A stretch of DNA of 63,231 bases from a virus (taxonomy: Duplodnaviria > Caudoviricetes). The notes below the pieces were generated by a model, which was not told the DNA's origin, did not search any database, and saw only the letters and a program-made list of their open reading frames with translations. This document shows, piece by piece, positions 17,999-26,623 of this stretch. The translations under genes were made by a program, and so were the position numbers. The stretch spans positions 1 to 63,231 of the IMG/VR virus record IMGVR_UViG_3300047388_000410. The stretch is one strand, 5' to 3'. The first letter of the stretch is position 1. Every line of letters starts with the position of its first letter.

Positions 17999-18160
17999 TC
18001 ACCCTTCCGCAATTTTGTCCCACATTTTACGCTGCATTATTTGCTCTTTCATCATATCCCGCATTTGCCGCAATTCATTTAGCTCGGCTGTCTGTGCCCG
18101 CCGATGATCCATCAGCACAAACGCCAATAACGTCGCTTCGCGTTCGGCTTGTTTGGTCAT
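17999..18160 (-). CDS. Hypothetical protein
   Basis: Coupled ORF. Confidence 0.45.
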   Translation of the reverse strand: MTKQAEREATLLAFVLMDHRRAQTAELNELRQMRDMMKEQIMQRKMWDKIAEG

Positions 18161-18573
18161 TTTGATTCGTCCTTTTCTCGCGGCCACTCACCAAACGGCG
18201 GATCAATAAGGACTCCTTTTGCCTTATCCCATCTGGCTAATTTCCCATCAATTTCAATAAGCTCGATAGCGGACAGCGGCTTAAAATCAGCACGAACCGA
18301 ATACACATCCCCGTTTATCGTCATTTTTTCATTTTCATATGGCCGAATAACACGAGCGTACAATTCTAGCTTGGCACATTCTAACGCGCCCATCGCAGCG
18401 TTATACGCCGTATACGAAGGCGGCGAAGTGCTGCCGTATCCATTTAACCACGCATCAACAATACGAGTGATGATATAATTAAGCCCGCCGGCCGTTTCGA
18501 CACATACGTTATTAATAATCGGCTCAAGGCGTTCGTCAATACTTTTACGTTCGTCAGCTCTGATGTACGGCAT
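18157..18573 (-). CDS. Conserved phage protein (DUF6899-like)
   Basis: MPYI...R, GGLNYIIT, YN..MGALECAKLELY.R...PYE..K...NGDVY. Confidence 0.75.
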   Translation of the reverse strand: MPYIRADERKSIDERLEPIINNVCVETAGGLNYIITRIVDAWLNGYGSTSPPSYTAYNAAMGALECAKLELYARVIRPYENEKMTINGDVYSVRADFKPLSAIELIEIDGKLARWDKAKGVLIDPPFGEWPREKDESK

Positions 18574-18575
18574 GA

Positions 18576-19679
18576 TTATCGACTCCCGGTGTCAACGATC
18601 CATGGTTCATGCTTCATAAACCCATCAAGTGCGTCAACTGGCCTATCGCTTAAACACCAGTCGCTAGCGGGGCAGAATCTACATTCGCCCTTCGCCGTAC
18701 CGCGCATATCAACGCGCTCGATATCCGTCTCGCTCATCAGCCTCACAAAATCCGCCGCATACCCCTGCGCATCAACAAGCGCCCTCTCGACTCGTTGCGG
18801 CGTCGTCAGGCATTTGATAAACTCCGCCTTTGCATGCTCACTTCCGCATTGCGCATATGGCACGCCATGTTCTGCGCAGGTACGTGGCTTCGCTGGCGTC
18901 CCATCCTTCTTCAGCTTTGGCGGCGCGTCAATCTCGCCCGGCAGCTTACGCAACTCGATGGCATTAAACCATCCGCCATAACGCGCCTTGCTGCCATACC
19001 GCTGCACGACGGCATCGCTATACAATTGCACTTGTAAGCTCAACTTAAGCTGCTTCTGCCATCCCGCATCCCCAATATGCCATCCCGTTGTCTTCGTGTC
19101 AACCCAGCCAATATAGCCATCGTGGTCTTCGACAATCAAGTCGGGGCGGCAAATCAATTGCACTCTTGTACGCCGCAAATTTTCACCTGTCTCCTCTTCC
19201 TCTTTCGCGCTAGTCGGCTCAATAATTACCCACTCTCTACTAACAAACGCCTCTTCCACCGTCAACACCCTCTTCCACGGCAGCAAACTACTCGGGTGCA
19301 TTGCGATCCAGCGGTCTAAAATGCGCTCCAAATTTTTCGGCGTTAAACTTGGCTCTAGCAATTCGGCCGATAACCGTTCGTACGGCGCATCATACACATC
19401 ATGAAACGCCTTCATCGTATTCGCATAGCTGCCGCTGAACGGTCTATCGGTACGTAGATGTTCGGCTATCGCGGCATGGAATGCGGAGCCGGCAGTCGCT
19501 TTTATTGCATCGGTTATGCTGGTATAACCCAGCTTATGGCGCGTATATGCCTTAGTTCCGCAGACTGCAACGTCGGCCAATAGTGACGGACTCACATTTA
19601 TCACTCTTGGCTTCTCTACCACTTGAATCCCCCCATGACGATTAAGTCTACAATCGTCGCAATCGTTAGCATCAGCCAT
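18576..19679 (-). CDS. PD-(D/E)XK nuclease (RecB/Cas4-like exonuclease)
   Basis: SPS..C, GSAFH, E..F, RPDL..VDTKT, Q..LY, C-terminal CRFCP...WC. Confidence 0.85.
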   Translation of the reverse strand: MADANDCDDCRLNRHGGIQVVEKPRVINVSPSLLADVAVCGTKAYTRHKLGYTSITDAIKATAGSAFHAAIAEHLRTDRPFSGSYANTMKAFHDVYDAPYERLSAELLEPSLTPKNLERILDRWIAMHPSSLLPWKRVLTVEEAFVSREWVIIEPTSAKEEEETGENLRRTRVQLICRPDLIVEDHDGYIGWVDTKTTGWHIGDAGWQKQLKLSLQVQLYSDAVVQRYGSKARYGGWFNAIELRKLPGEIDAPPKLKKDGTPAKPRTCAEHGVPYAQCGSEHAKAEFIKCLTTPQRVERALVDAQGYAADFVRLMSETDIERVDMRGTAKGECRFCPASDWCLSDRPVDALDGFMKHEPWIVDTGSR

Positions 19680-19693
19680 AGTAACTTGTCCCG

Positions 19694-19776
19694 TTTTGAA
19701 ATGGGCCGAGGCGGTTTAGACATCCTCCCGCGCCGGAGTACGGTCATTTGTTATCCTAACGGCGCCCATTTTAAAA
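19694..19776. ncRNA. Intergenic three-way-junction RNA candidate
   Basis: 13-bp closing stem TTTTGAAATGGGC/GCCCATTTTAAAA encloses GAGG/CCTC and GCCG/CGGC stems. Confidence 0.45.
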
Positions 19777-19783
19777 TATAACT

Positions 19784-20251
19784 CTAGAACGCGCCTACCG
19801 CTGATCCACTAAACGGCACGAGTACGCGGCCATGATAATTCGGCTTCGGGCACTTCACCATCACCACACCGTGCTTCTTCACGAGCCGGCAAGGAATGTA
19901 ATCAGGTTGCGCCGGGCACGGATTCACAACCGTCACGGTCGGCTGATTGCCCTCGCATACGCACGTCACGGGCGGGCACACGCCGCCACCGGGCAGCGTG
20001 GTCGTAGTCGTCGTCCCATTATCACACATACACACAGCACCATTTGCACATGTACCTGTTGTGCTCCCCTGCGGACAACTACACGGACCATTATCCGCCG
20101 CACATCCCTTACCCTGCGGCGGCGGATCAATCGCTGGACAGCACGCCACACCGTCATAATGGCGATCTGCCGTGCACTGTGGCTGGTCAGCGCGGCAAAT
20201 CGCCACGCTGCCGATTACGAAACACATCCCAACAATAAGCTTAATATTCAT
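19784..20251 (-). CDS. Secreted Cys-rich protein with poly-Thr linker
   Basis: Signal peptide MNIKLIVGMCFVIGSVAICRA; many Cys; TCANG and TTTTTTLP. Confidence 0.7.
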   Translation of the reverse strand: MNIKLIVGMCFVIGSVAICRADQPQCTADRHYDGVACCPAIDPPPQGKGCAADNGPCSCPQGSTTGTCANGAVCMCDNGTTTTTTLPGGGVCPPVTCVCEGNQPTVTVVNPCPAQPDYIPCRLVKKHGVVMVKCPKPNYHGRVLVPFSGSAVGAF

Positions 20252-20771
20252 TTTCCCATCTTTCCTCTTCAAGTTTGTCTTGATACACTTCTTTCTCTAC
20301 TCCCTCTAGCAATTCTTCCCGTCTCTTTGCGTATCCCTTCAGCTTGGCGATAACCTCCTTTTTTGTACAATCAAAATCCAGAAATACATCATATGCTTCG
20401 TTATAACTCAGCCCAAAAAACGCGGCCCCGGCGTTTTGGCCTTCAGCGTCATTAAAGTAAATATTCGCTTGATATGCCTGCGGCATTCCTTCGCCGTAAT
20501 AAAACCCATTATCATCATAATTCGTCGTATCCCATACCATCTTCAGCCCTGCGCGCCTAAACCCCTTATCCATCGCTGCATGCCCTAGTGCACATGCCGC
20601 TGTACCACAAAAATTTGCCTCCTTTTCGGGGTTATGATCTAGCGCGTGTCTGCCCCATGTAGTCATATCAAACTTCTTACCCTTCACCGGCCTAAACTTC
20701 GTCAAAATATCCGCCAGCTTCAAAAGCCGTCGCGTGTGAAGCCGCTGGGTTCGTTTATCGACTGTTGCCAT
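20241..20771 (-). CDS. Conserved phage hypothetical protein
   Basis: FDM..W...CGTAACALGHA...A..FFGL....A..F; GGAGG RBS. Confidence 0.75.
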   Translation of the reverse strand: MATVDKRTQRLHTRRLLKLADILTKFRPVKGKKFDMTTWGRHALDHNPEKEANFCGTAACALGHAAMDKGFRRAGLKMVWDTTNYDDNGFYYGEGMPQAYQANIYFNDAEGQNAGAAFFGLSYNEAYDVFLDFDCTKKEVIAKLKGYAKRREELLEGVEKEVYQDKLEEERWENEY

Positions 20772-20926
20772 TGCTATTTACCTCCGCTAAGTTGATATAT
20801 CCACTGTACAGTCTTCATTCCAATCAAAATCCAACCACTTAAAATTACACGCTGCTACATCAATATATCGTAGCTCTTGCTTATCTTCAATATGCTCATC
20901 AACCGCCTTTTTAAACTCACCCCACG

Positions 20927-21145
20927 TCATACTGCACACGTCCACAAACTCTCATCATCTGCCTCTTTCGTATACCACTTCATCTCTCTCGTTACGCTCG
21001 TCGGCCAACACCCGCTATAGGCCCACGACACTTGTAGCGATTGTCGGTGCTTATCAATACGAGTCGCCACCAAATAAAGCACCACCGCGGCTCCTATCGC
21101 GACAAGTATATCTAATACCAACAAATGCTTCTCTTGCTTCGTCAC
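20927..21145 (-). CDS. Small membrane-anchored protein
   Basis: N-terminal TM helix. Confidence 0.5.
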   Translation of the reverse strand: MTKQEKHLLVLDILVAIGAAVVLYLVATRIDKHRQSLQVSWAYSGCWPTSVTREMKWYTKEADDESLWTCAV

Positions 21146-21666
21146 GCATTCACCGTTGTGTGCTTATTACCTCTCCCACTCTCCGCCCTCCGTGTTTTCT
21201 CTACCATAACCTCGCCCGTCTGTCTATGCTTCAGCCAGGCGGCTTCGAGTTTGGCGAGTGCCTTACGATAATCTATACCAAGCGTCTCGAAGCACTCCGC
21301 TGCGCTCCAATAGCCGCCTTCGCCCCGCAGCCAGCGTTTGGCTCGATTCTCATATCGCTTCAAATAAAACTCCTTATGATAATACTCCGTCCCCACGACC
21401 GGCGTCAACCGAAACGAGTCTTCGATTGCACTCATGATAAGTGCCATTTGCAGCTTTTCGGCACCAAGCCGCGGCTTCGACTCGATTACCTCTTTGAAAA
21501 ATTGCGTACCGTTTTTTCCATCTCCTACCGCTGTCCTATGCTTTCCTGTTTCCGCATATACATCATCAATCCGCCCTTCGCCCATATGATCTATGAACGC
21601 ATCTATTGTCGCCATCGCAAACCCGACGTTTGTCATGGCGCCGTTTTGACTTGGTTTGAATGTCAT
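21142..21666 (-). CDS. Hypothetical protein (L..A....AIED..A..W......S...C.E.LGID family)
   Basis: AGGAG RBS; coupled ORF. Confidence 0.65.
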   Translation of the reverse strand: MTFKPSQNGAMTNVGFAMATIDAFIDHMGEGRIDDVYAETGKHRTAVGDGKNGTQFFKEVIESKPRLGAEKLQMALIMSAIEDSFRLTPVVGTEYYHKEFYLKRYENRAKRWLRGEGGYWSAAECFETLGIDYRKALAKLEAAWLKHRQTGEVMVEKTRRAESGRGNKHTTVNA

Positions 21667-21953
21667 TAATTTACTCCTGTCGTTAATGATTGTGGCACTT
21701 GAAACACACGCCGCTTTTCTTTATTATACGCATCAAGCACAATCAGCTTACCACGAATTTGTAATACATAATTATCTAATGCCTGTGCTGGTGTATTTCC
21801 ATTGCCTATTGCACTAATAAGTATTGTATCGTCTTTCACTTCGGCACCCATAATCTCCGCATACCAGCGCTCAGTACCTACAAGCGGCGGTAAAGTACGA
21901 TAGTGAATACAAATCGGCGCATCAAGCAATTCAGATAGCTCGCATATTGTCAT
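21666..21953 (-). CDS. Hypothetical protein
   Basis: GNG.TP..A...Y...I.GK..V motif; coupled ORF. Confidence 0.6.
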   Translation of the reverse strand: MTICELSELLDAPICIHYRTLPPLVGTERWYAEIMGAEVKDDTILISAIGNGNTPAQALDNYVLQIRGKLIVLDAYNKEKRRVFQVPQSLTTGVN

Positions 21954-22171
21954 TCCGGCACTCCCGTCCTTTCTAACTTCCCCTTACGACACATCTCCTC
22001 TACCCACTCCATCGCATCAGCCTTCGCGACCTTATTACTCCACGCCACTTTGCCGCGCCATCGAAACCCGCCATCCGCATCGCCGCGCACGATGCGCTTC
22101 TCCAGTATCGCCGCTCGGCGCCATCGAATCGAGGCGCGTTCGAGAGCAGACTCTTTAGTAACAGTCGTCAT
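21950..22171 (-). CDS. Hypothetical protein
   Basis: Coupled ORF. Confidence 0.45.
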   Translation of the reverse strand: MTTVTKESALERASIRWRRAAILEKRIVRGDADGGFRWRGKVAWSNKVAKADAMEWVEEMCRKGKLERTGVPE

Positions 22172-22379
22172 GATTACATGGTCCTAGATGCACACGCGGC
22201 GTCCAGCGCTCGATGAAACTCGTTACGCGCCACTTGCACCGCTGCCACCGCGTCGGCGGCTTCGTCGGAAACATTTCAAACCGCTTATTCGATTTACAAG
22301 CCTCTTCGTACAACGCTTTCGCTAAATAATCATTGCGCAAAAAATCCGGCGGGCCATTCCAGCTAATTGCCATATACAA
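22155..22379 (-). CDS. Hypothetical protein
   Basis: GAGGAG RBS; coupled ORF. Confidence 0.45.
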   Translation of the reverse strand: MYMAISWNGPPDFLRNDYLAKALYEEACKSNKRFEMFPTKPPTRWQRCKWRVTSFIERWTPRVHLGPCNHDDCY

Positions 22380-22749
22380 TCCGCTCCTCTATCACCACGC
22401 GCTCTCCGGTACTATACACCACGCTCTTAAACCCCGCAAGCTGCAACATGCTATAGCATACGCTGCATGGGCGGCTCATAGCGAGTAGCCCTGTTTTGGT
22501 TAGGCGCACCACTATCATCGTCGCCCCTCGCGTCTCGTCACTTGTCATATGCAACAGCGCGTCTAACTCCGCGTGTATGCGTTGCCAGGCTGTTTGCGCT
22601 TTTGGGTGCGTTCGCATTTGATTGTAGCCTTTACTAAGTAGCTTATTCCCCTTTACAATCAAAGCTCCGACTCGCATATGATGCGTTGAACGGCTAGCCG
22701 TTCGTATCGCCAGATTTAGAAAGCGTATTCTTCTGGCTCCAAGCGTCAA
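22363..22749 (-). CDS. Cytidine/dCMP deaminase-family protein
   Basis: VGALIV, GYN, HAE..AL, SRPCSVC zinc motif; probable TTG start at 22749. Confidence 0.85.
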   Translation of the reverse strand: MTLGARRIRFLNLAIRTASRSTHHMRVGALIVKGNKLLSKGYNQMRTHPKAQTAWQRIHAELDALLHMTSDETRGATMIVVRLTKTGLLAMSRPCSVCYSMLQLAGFKSVVYSTGERVVIEERIVYGN

Positions 22750-23245
22750 GATACTCGGCTGCACAGCGCAATACGGCTGTACTATCTCTGAACATGCCAA
22801 GTCCAACATTGCATTGTCCACAAAGCAATCCTCGATGTTTGTTAGTGAAGTGGTCATGGTCAATAGACCAATCTTTTTTATTCCCCGGATTTGTAGTACC
22901 ACATACCGCACATTTGTATCCTTGTGCATGTATAATAGAATCAAACTCTGTTACTGTTATACCGCGCTTTTTGCATCTGCGCCTTTTATCGTACAAAAAA
23001 AGTACCTGCGGATTTTCACGTCTCATCTTTTCACGCCACAGTCGACCTTTGAGAGCAAACTTTTCTTTGAATTTCTCATAGTGCCGCTTCATTACTACTT
23101 TACGTTTTACAGGGTTTGGCGGAGTAGAATTTTGACATGTTTTGCAGCGTGATTGTGGACCGTTTGCCCTGTCTCGTCGTTTATGGAAATCGGTATGCGG
23201 CTTAACTATGCCACATTTAGGGCATTTTTTTGTCAGGAGTGTCAC
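22694..23245 (-). CDS. Endonuclease VII-domain homing endonuclease
   Basis: N-terminal CPKC..CKTC; CAVCG..IDHDH...HRGLLCGQCNVGLG.F.D. Confidence 0.9.
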   Translation of the reverse strand: MTLLTKKCPKCGIVKPHTDFHKRRDRANGPQSRCKTCQNSTPPNPVKRKVVMKRHYEKFKEKFALKGRLWREKMRRENPQVLFLYDKRRRCKKRGITVTEFDSIIHAQGYKCAVCGTTNPGNKKDWSIDHDHFTNKHRGLLCGQCNVGLGMFRDSTAVLRCAAEYLDAWSQKNTLSKSGDTNG

Positions 23246-23553
23246 GCTGGCTTCGGCTTCGACTGCGGCTTACTTAGACAGGTATCGCAGAGATAGCTCT
23301 CCGCCTCAAAATACGGCGACACAAACTCAACCCCGCAAACGCGGCATTTACATATCATCTGCTCTCGCTGTTGTAGCTCGGTTTGGTCGTGGCAATCACA
23401 GTTGCAACGTGTATCATCGCATTGCTCATGCCATTGATAGACTTCGCATGCATCGCTCAATCCGTAATCGCTCATGGGCACTGTACTCCTATCAACCTCA
23501 ACACCAAATGCACTATCGGATGCGCAATAGCCGTGAACGATGCTAATAGCCAT
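23242..23553 (-). CDS. Cys-rich hypothetical protein
   Basis: H.QC...CNCDCH and CRVCG..CDTC. Confidence 0.55.
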   Translation of the reverse strand: MAISIVHGYCASDSAFGVEVDRSTVPMSDYGLSDACEVYQWHEQCDDTRCNCDCHDQTELQQREQMICKCRVCGVEFVSPYFEAESYLCDTCLSKPQSKPKPA

Positions 23554-24580
23554 AAAATACGGTCACGAGTCATAACGCCCCTTGCGATCTTAAATAGTCG
23601 CCCACCGCGTCCCATACCTTACCCGCCAGTCGCGGGCTAAAGCTATTACACGACGCGCCGACAACCTTTGACTGCACTCCGTTACGCGACACGGCTACCG
23701 TGTATCGTGACTCGCGGCATTGAAAGAAGACAATACTTGGATGATTGTCCGTTGCGTCAATTTCAATCATGCTTTTCGCTCTTCTATCAGCGCGATAATA
23801 CATGCAACAATCATACCAAGCGTCCAATTTATCACGTGTTCCATTACTTGAGCCCCCCAATATACCTCACCTGCCCGTCTCGAAACACAATCCGCCATCG
23901 AGACGAGCCGAGTACGCGAGCGATAGACGCGATACCCAGGTAAAACATATACGTCATCACTCGCCCTCACTCGCCGCCGCTTTCGGCTGCTTACGCCACG
24001 GGCTCTTTTTCGCCTTACACCGGCCGCGATGCTTACCAGCGCATTCGATCCCGGCGCAGACTGGCTGACGCGCCGGCTTGGGCTGCTTCGGCGCGGTTTC
24101 GGTTTCGCTCTCTGTCTCAGGCTCTAGCTTAACAAACGTCTCATTACTCATGACTCTTCACTCCATTCTCTTTAAGATATGCCGCGACGCCAATCCCCCG
24201 CAACACTCGATTCATCGCCGCTCGTAGCTGTCGGCGCTTTTTACCCTCGTGACCTTTGCGCAGATGCTTAGGCATTATTGATACCTCCGCATTTCCTCTA
24301 GATGCTCTCTACGACTCACTTCCTCTGCCTCATTCATCCCCGCCTGCAACGCCACAATACCACTAACCCACGACACAATCAAGAGACTAATCAACAACGC
24401 AAATGCCATATTACTTGCTCCTTCCATCGCCCGGATACCTACCAGGCGCATACGTAACGCCATTAATCGTTTTCGCCGCATAATACGGCATCACTTCATG
24501 CGCGATACCCAGCATCGTCACAAATGCTATGGCTGATGCGAGTATCGCAATCCGCACGCCGATAATAACCCGCTTAGCCA

Positions 24581-24772
24581 TTAGCTCCTCACCTTCCTTG
24601 CCTTGACATTCGCGCCAGGCACACAAGCCGCGCGAAATCGCGCCTCGTCAAAGCGCGGGTTGCCGTCATCGTGAAATAGGTCAACGTAAGCCTGCACGAC
24701 AATCGGCGCATCTGTATTGCCCGCCCATGATTGCGCTAGCCTTGCCGCCCGCTCATAATCTTTTTTCGACAT
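24581..24772 (-). CDS. Conserved small phage early protein
   Basis: MSKKDY...A......DGNPRFD..RF..AC; GGAGG RBS. Confidence 0.7.
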   Translation of the reverse strand: MSKKDYERAARLAQSWAGNTDAPIVVQAYVDLFHDDGNPRFDEARFRAACVPGANVKARKVRS

Positions 24773-25131
24773 CTCAATATCCTCCGCATGCGGCTTTTGC
24801 CGCGTCGCTACACGCTTTCGATACCGCGCTGTTATATTGCAATACTCTTGCCACTTTGCCTACCTGATACCAAAACGCCTCTAGTCTCGTCATACGCCTA
24901 ATCGGCGTCGAAAACTGATTGCGACGTGGCATTAGCAACACTCCTCACAATACCTCACGCCGCGCGCCACAATTGCATTACATCCGTGGCATTCGTGCGT
25001 CTGGTTAGGGCATCCATGCTCGTGGCACGCGACGCCATTGATAACTACCGCCTCACACTGCATATAACTAACTCGATTACCGCTCACTTCAAAACCCTGA
25101 TTCTGCAACGTGTTACGCTGGTACGTTGTCA

Positions 25132-25374
25132 TCACTCTTGCTCCTGCGCATCGGCAATCGCTTCCTCTTGCGTTGCAAACGGCCCCATCGGCTCGCCATC
25201 GGGCAGGCAACCGGGGAAGCATGGCCACCAATACCAGCCGGGCTCAACGGGGTTTCCTTCTCCGTCAAAATTCCGCGCATGCCCGTTGACGATATCTGCA
25301 TCGTCATAAAACACTTCAACATCCGATAACGCATACGGGTCATTTTCCCTTGTCGGGTCGCTGTAAATCATCAT
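25132..25374 (-). CDS. Conserved small phage protein (first early gene)
   Basis: GWYWWPCFPGCLPDGEP.GPFAT.EEAI motif. Confidence 0.7.
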   Translation of the reverse strand: MMIYSDPTRENDPYALSDVEVFYDDADIVNGHARNFDGEGNPVEPGWYWWPCFPGCLPDGEPMGPFATQEEAIADAQEQE

Positions 25375-25384
25375 GCCGGCTTAG

Positions 25385-25400
25385 AGCAACCGGCATGCCT
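25385..25400 (-). promoter_or_regulatory. Sigma-54 (RpoN) -24/-12 promoter
   Basis: AGGCATGCCGGTTGCT matches TGGCACG-N4-TTGCW with exact GG-N10-GC spacing; predicted +1 is the A of the ATG at 25374. Confidence 0.65.
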
Positions 25401-25605
25401 AAACCGTTCCACATAAACATTAACCTTTTTCGCCGCGCCATGTCGCGTTTATACCACTAAACGGCATTTATGCAACGCACCGCTACCGATTATAAGGCAC
25501 AGTTAACGGCTTACCACATTTAACGCATTTGCTTTGATTTATGCTATACGTTCCGCAATTCGAACACTTGATTGCCGGCATATCACTTGACAGAAAATCT
25601 TTTCC

Positions 25606-26016
25606 ATGCTATCAGCTATGGCGAAAGGGGAATTCACTATGCAAACGTTACTTGATTCCGAAACGGTAGTTCAACTGCGCTCCGATCTTTACGCGCTGCG
25701 CCGCAGTATCAACAAACTCTGCGATCTACTGATTGACCATAGACCCAAACCGCCAGGTCCGCGTGCTGCGCCAATCGAAGAACGTATTGAGGCATTCATG
25801 CAGCGACGTGGCTGTATGTCTGAACGCGAGATATACCGCCAGCTACATCTATCTCACACCGACGCCGTTCGCGCTCTCAATATACTCGGCGCCGCTGGGC
25901 TAGTCAATATGACCACAAACAGCCGGCCGAGAATGTTGCATTACGCTCCACATTGCAAATGCTATGCGGTCACGCAAGATTCGCTGTCGCCTGAATCGTC
26001 ACGTGACGCCACATAA
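25606..26016 (+). CDS. Stand-alone winged-helix protein, paralog of the DUF3987 C-terminus
   Basis: 46 of 64 residues identical (hand count) to the last ~65 aa of 1990-3264. Confidence 0.8.
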   Translation: MLSAMAKGEFTMQTLLDSETVVQLRSDLYALRRSINKLCDLLIDHRPKPPGPRAAPIEERIEAFMQRRGCMSEREIYRQLHLSHTDAVRALNILGAAGLVNMTTNSRPRMLHYAPHCKCYAVTQDSLSPESSRDAT

Positions 26017-26236
26017 CTAACAATATCATATACTTAACTCACTTGTCACCCGCTTTTCTTCTACGTACCCGCTTCCGCCAACGCGGAGCGCTGTATATAT
26101 CTCCGCTTTGCTATGCGGTTTGCTATATTATTATTAGTATGTATGTATATGTGTGACAATATAATAATACGGCTTAAGCCCGCGAAAACGCTCACTTCAT
26201 CCCGTCACGTGACAGATTACGCGACGGCGGGCGACA
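25985..26236. other. Putative replication origin (mirror-symmetric repeats around an AT-rich core)
   Basis: TGTCGCC / GTCACGTGAC / TTGTCAC ... AT-rich ... GTGACAA / GTCACGTGAC / GGCGACA; IHF-like TATCATATACTTA at 26024-36. Confidence 0.55.
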
Positions 26237-26586
26237 AACAGGTGCATAAATTTTTATGCGCTCAAATAGCATAGAGTTTGCAATATCAATCGGTCAGGCT
26301 AAACATGGCAGATGACTGGTAAGTAGCATTACGCCAGCCATCCCGTGAGAGTCTACCTGCATAACGCCTTATGCACCATGCGGCCTATGCTGCCCGATGC
26401 CGCTTCCGCTTTCGCAAACGTTTAGCCGGGCGCATCGACGCAGCGCATATACGCGGTACGATTCTTGCAGTGAAAATTATTTGTGGCGCTATACACAGCG
26501 TTTGATAACGCGGCTGATGTAGGGGGTGCCATAGCCGCTTTCGGTCGGCTGGGGCTTGGGCTTATCCTTTTACCAGAATATATAAG

Positions 26587-26614
26587 TTGCAGAAAAAATT
26601 TTCCCTTGTAAAAT
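26587..26614 (+). promoter_or_regulatory. Possible sigma-70 promoter
   Basis: TTGCAG-N16-TAAAAT just upstream of 26624. Confidence 0.3.
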
Positions 26615-26623
26615 AGTGTTACT

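Larger units (their letters stand above)
23570..25374 (-). other. Cluster of about 9 very short early (host-takeover-type) ORFs
   Basis: Tightly coupled minus-strand micro-ORFs, several with RBSs: 23570-23770, 23767 onward, 23957-24151, 24275-24410, 24411-24581, 24581-24772, 24932-25132, 25132-25374. Confidence 0.6.

Noticed and set aside
18576-19679. Cas4 as part of a CRISPR system
   Set aside because: No cas1/cas2 and no repeat-spacer array; its nuclease-ATPase-SSB context is a standard recombination module.
16029-19776. Intergenic structures as tRNAs or simple terminators
   Set aside because: No T-loop GTTC, cloverleaf or CCA end, and the architecture is multibranched; kept as unknown RNA candidates.
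26267-26282. Additional sigma-54 site TAGCATAGAGTTTGCA
   Set aside because: It lacks the invariant GG at -24 and has no adjacent gene.
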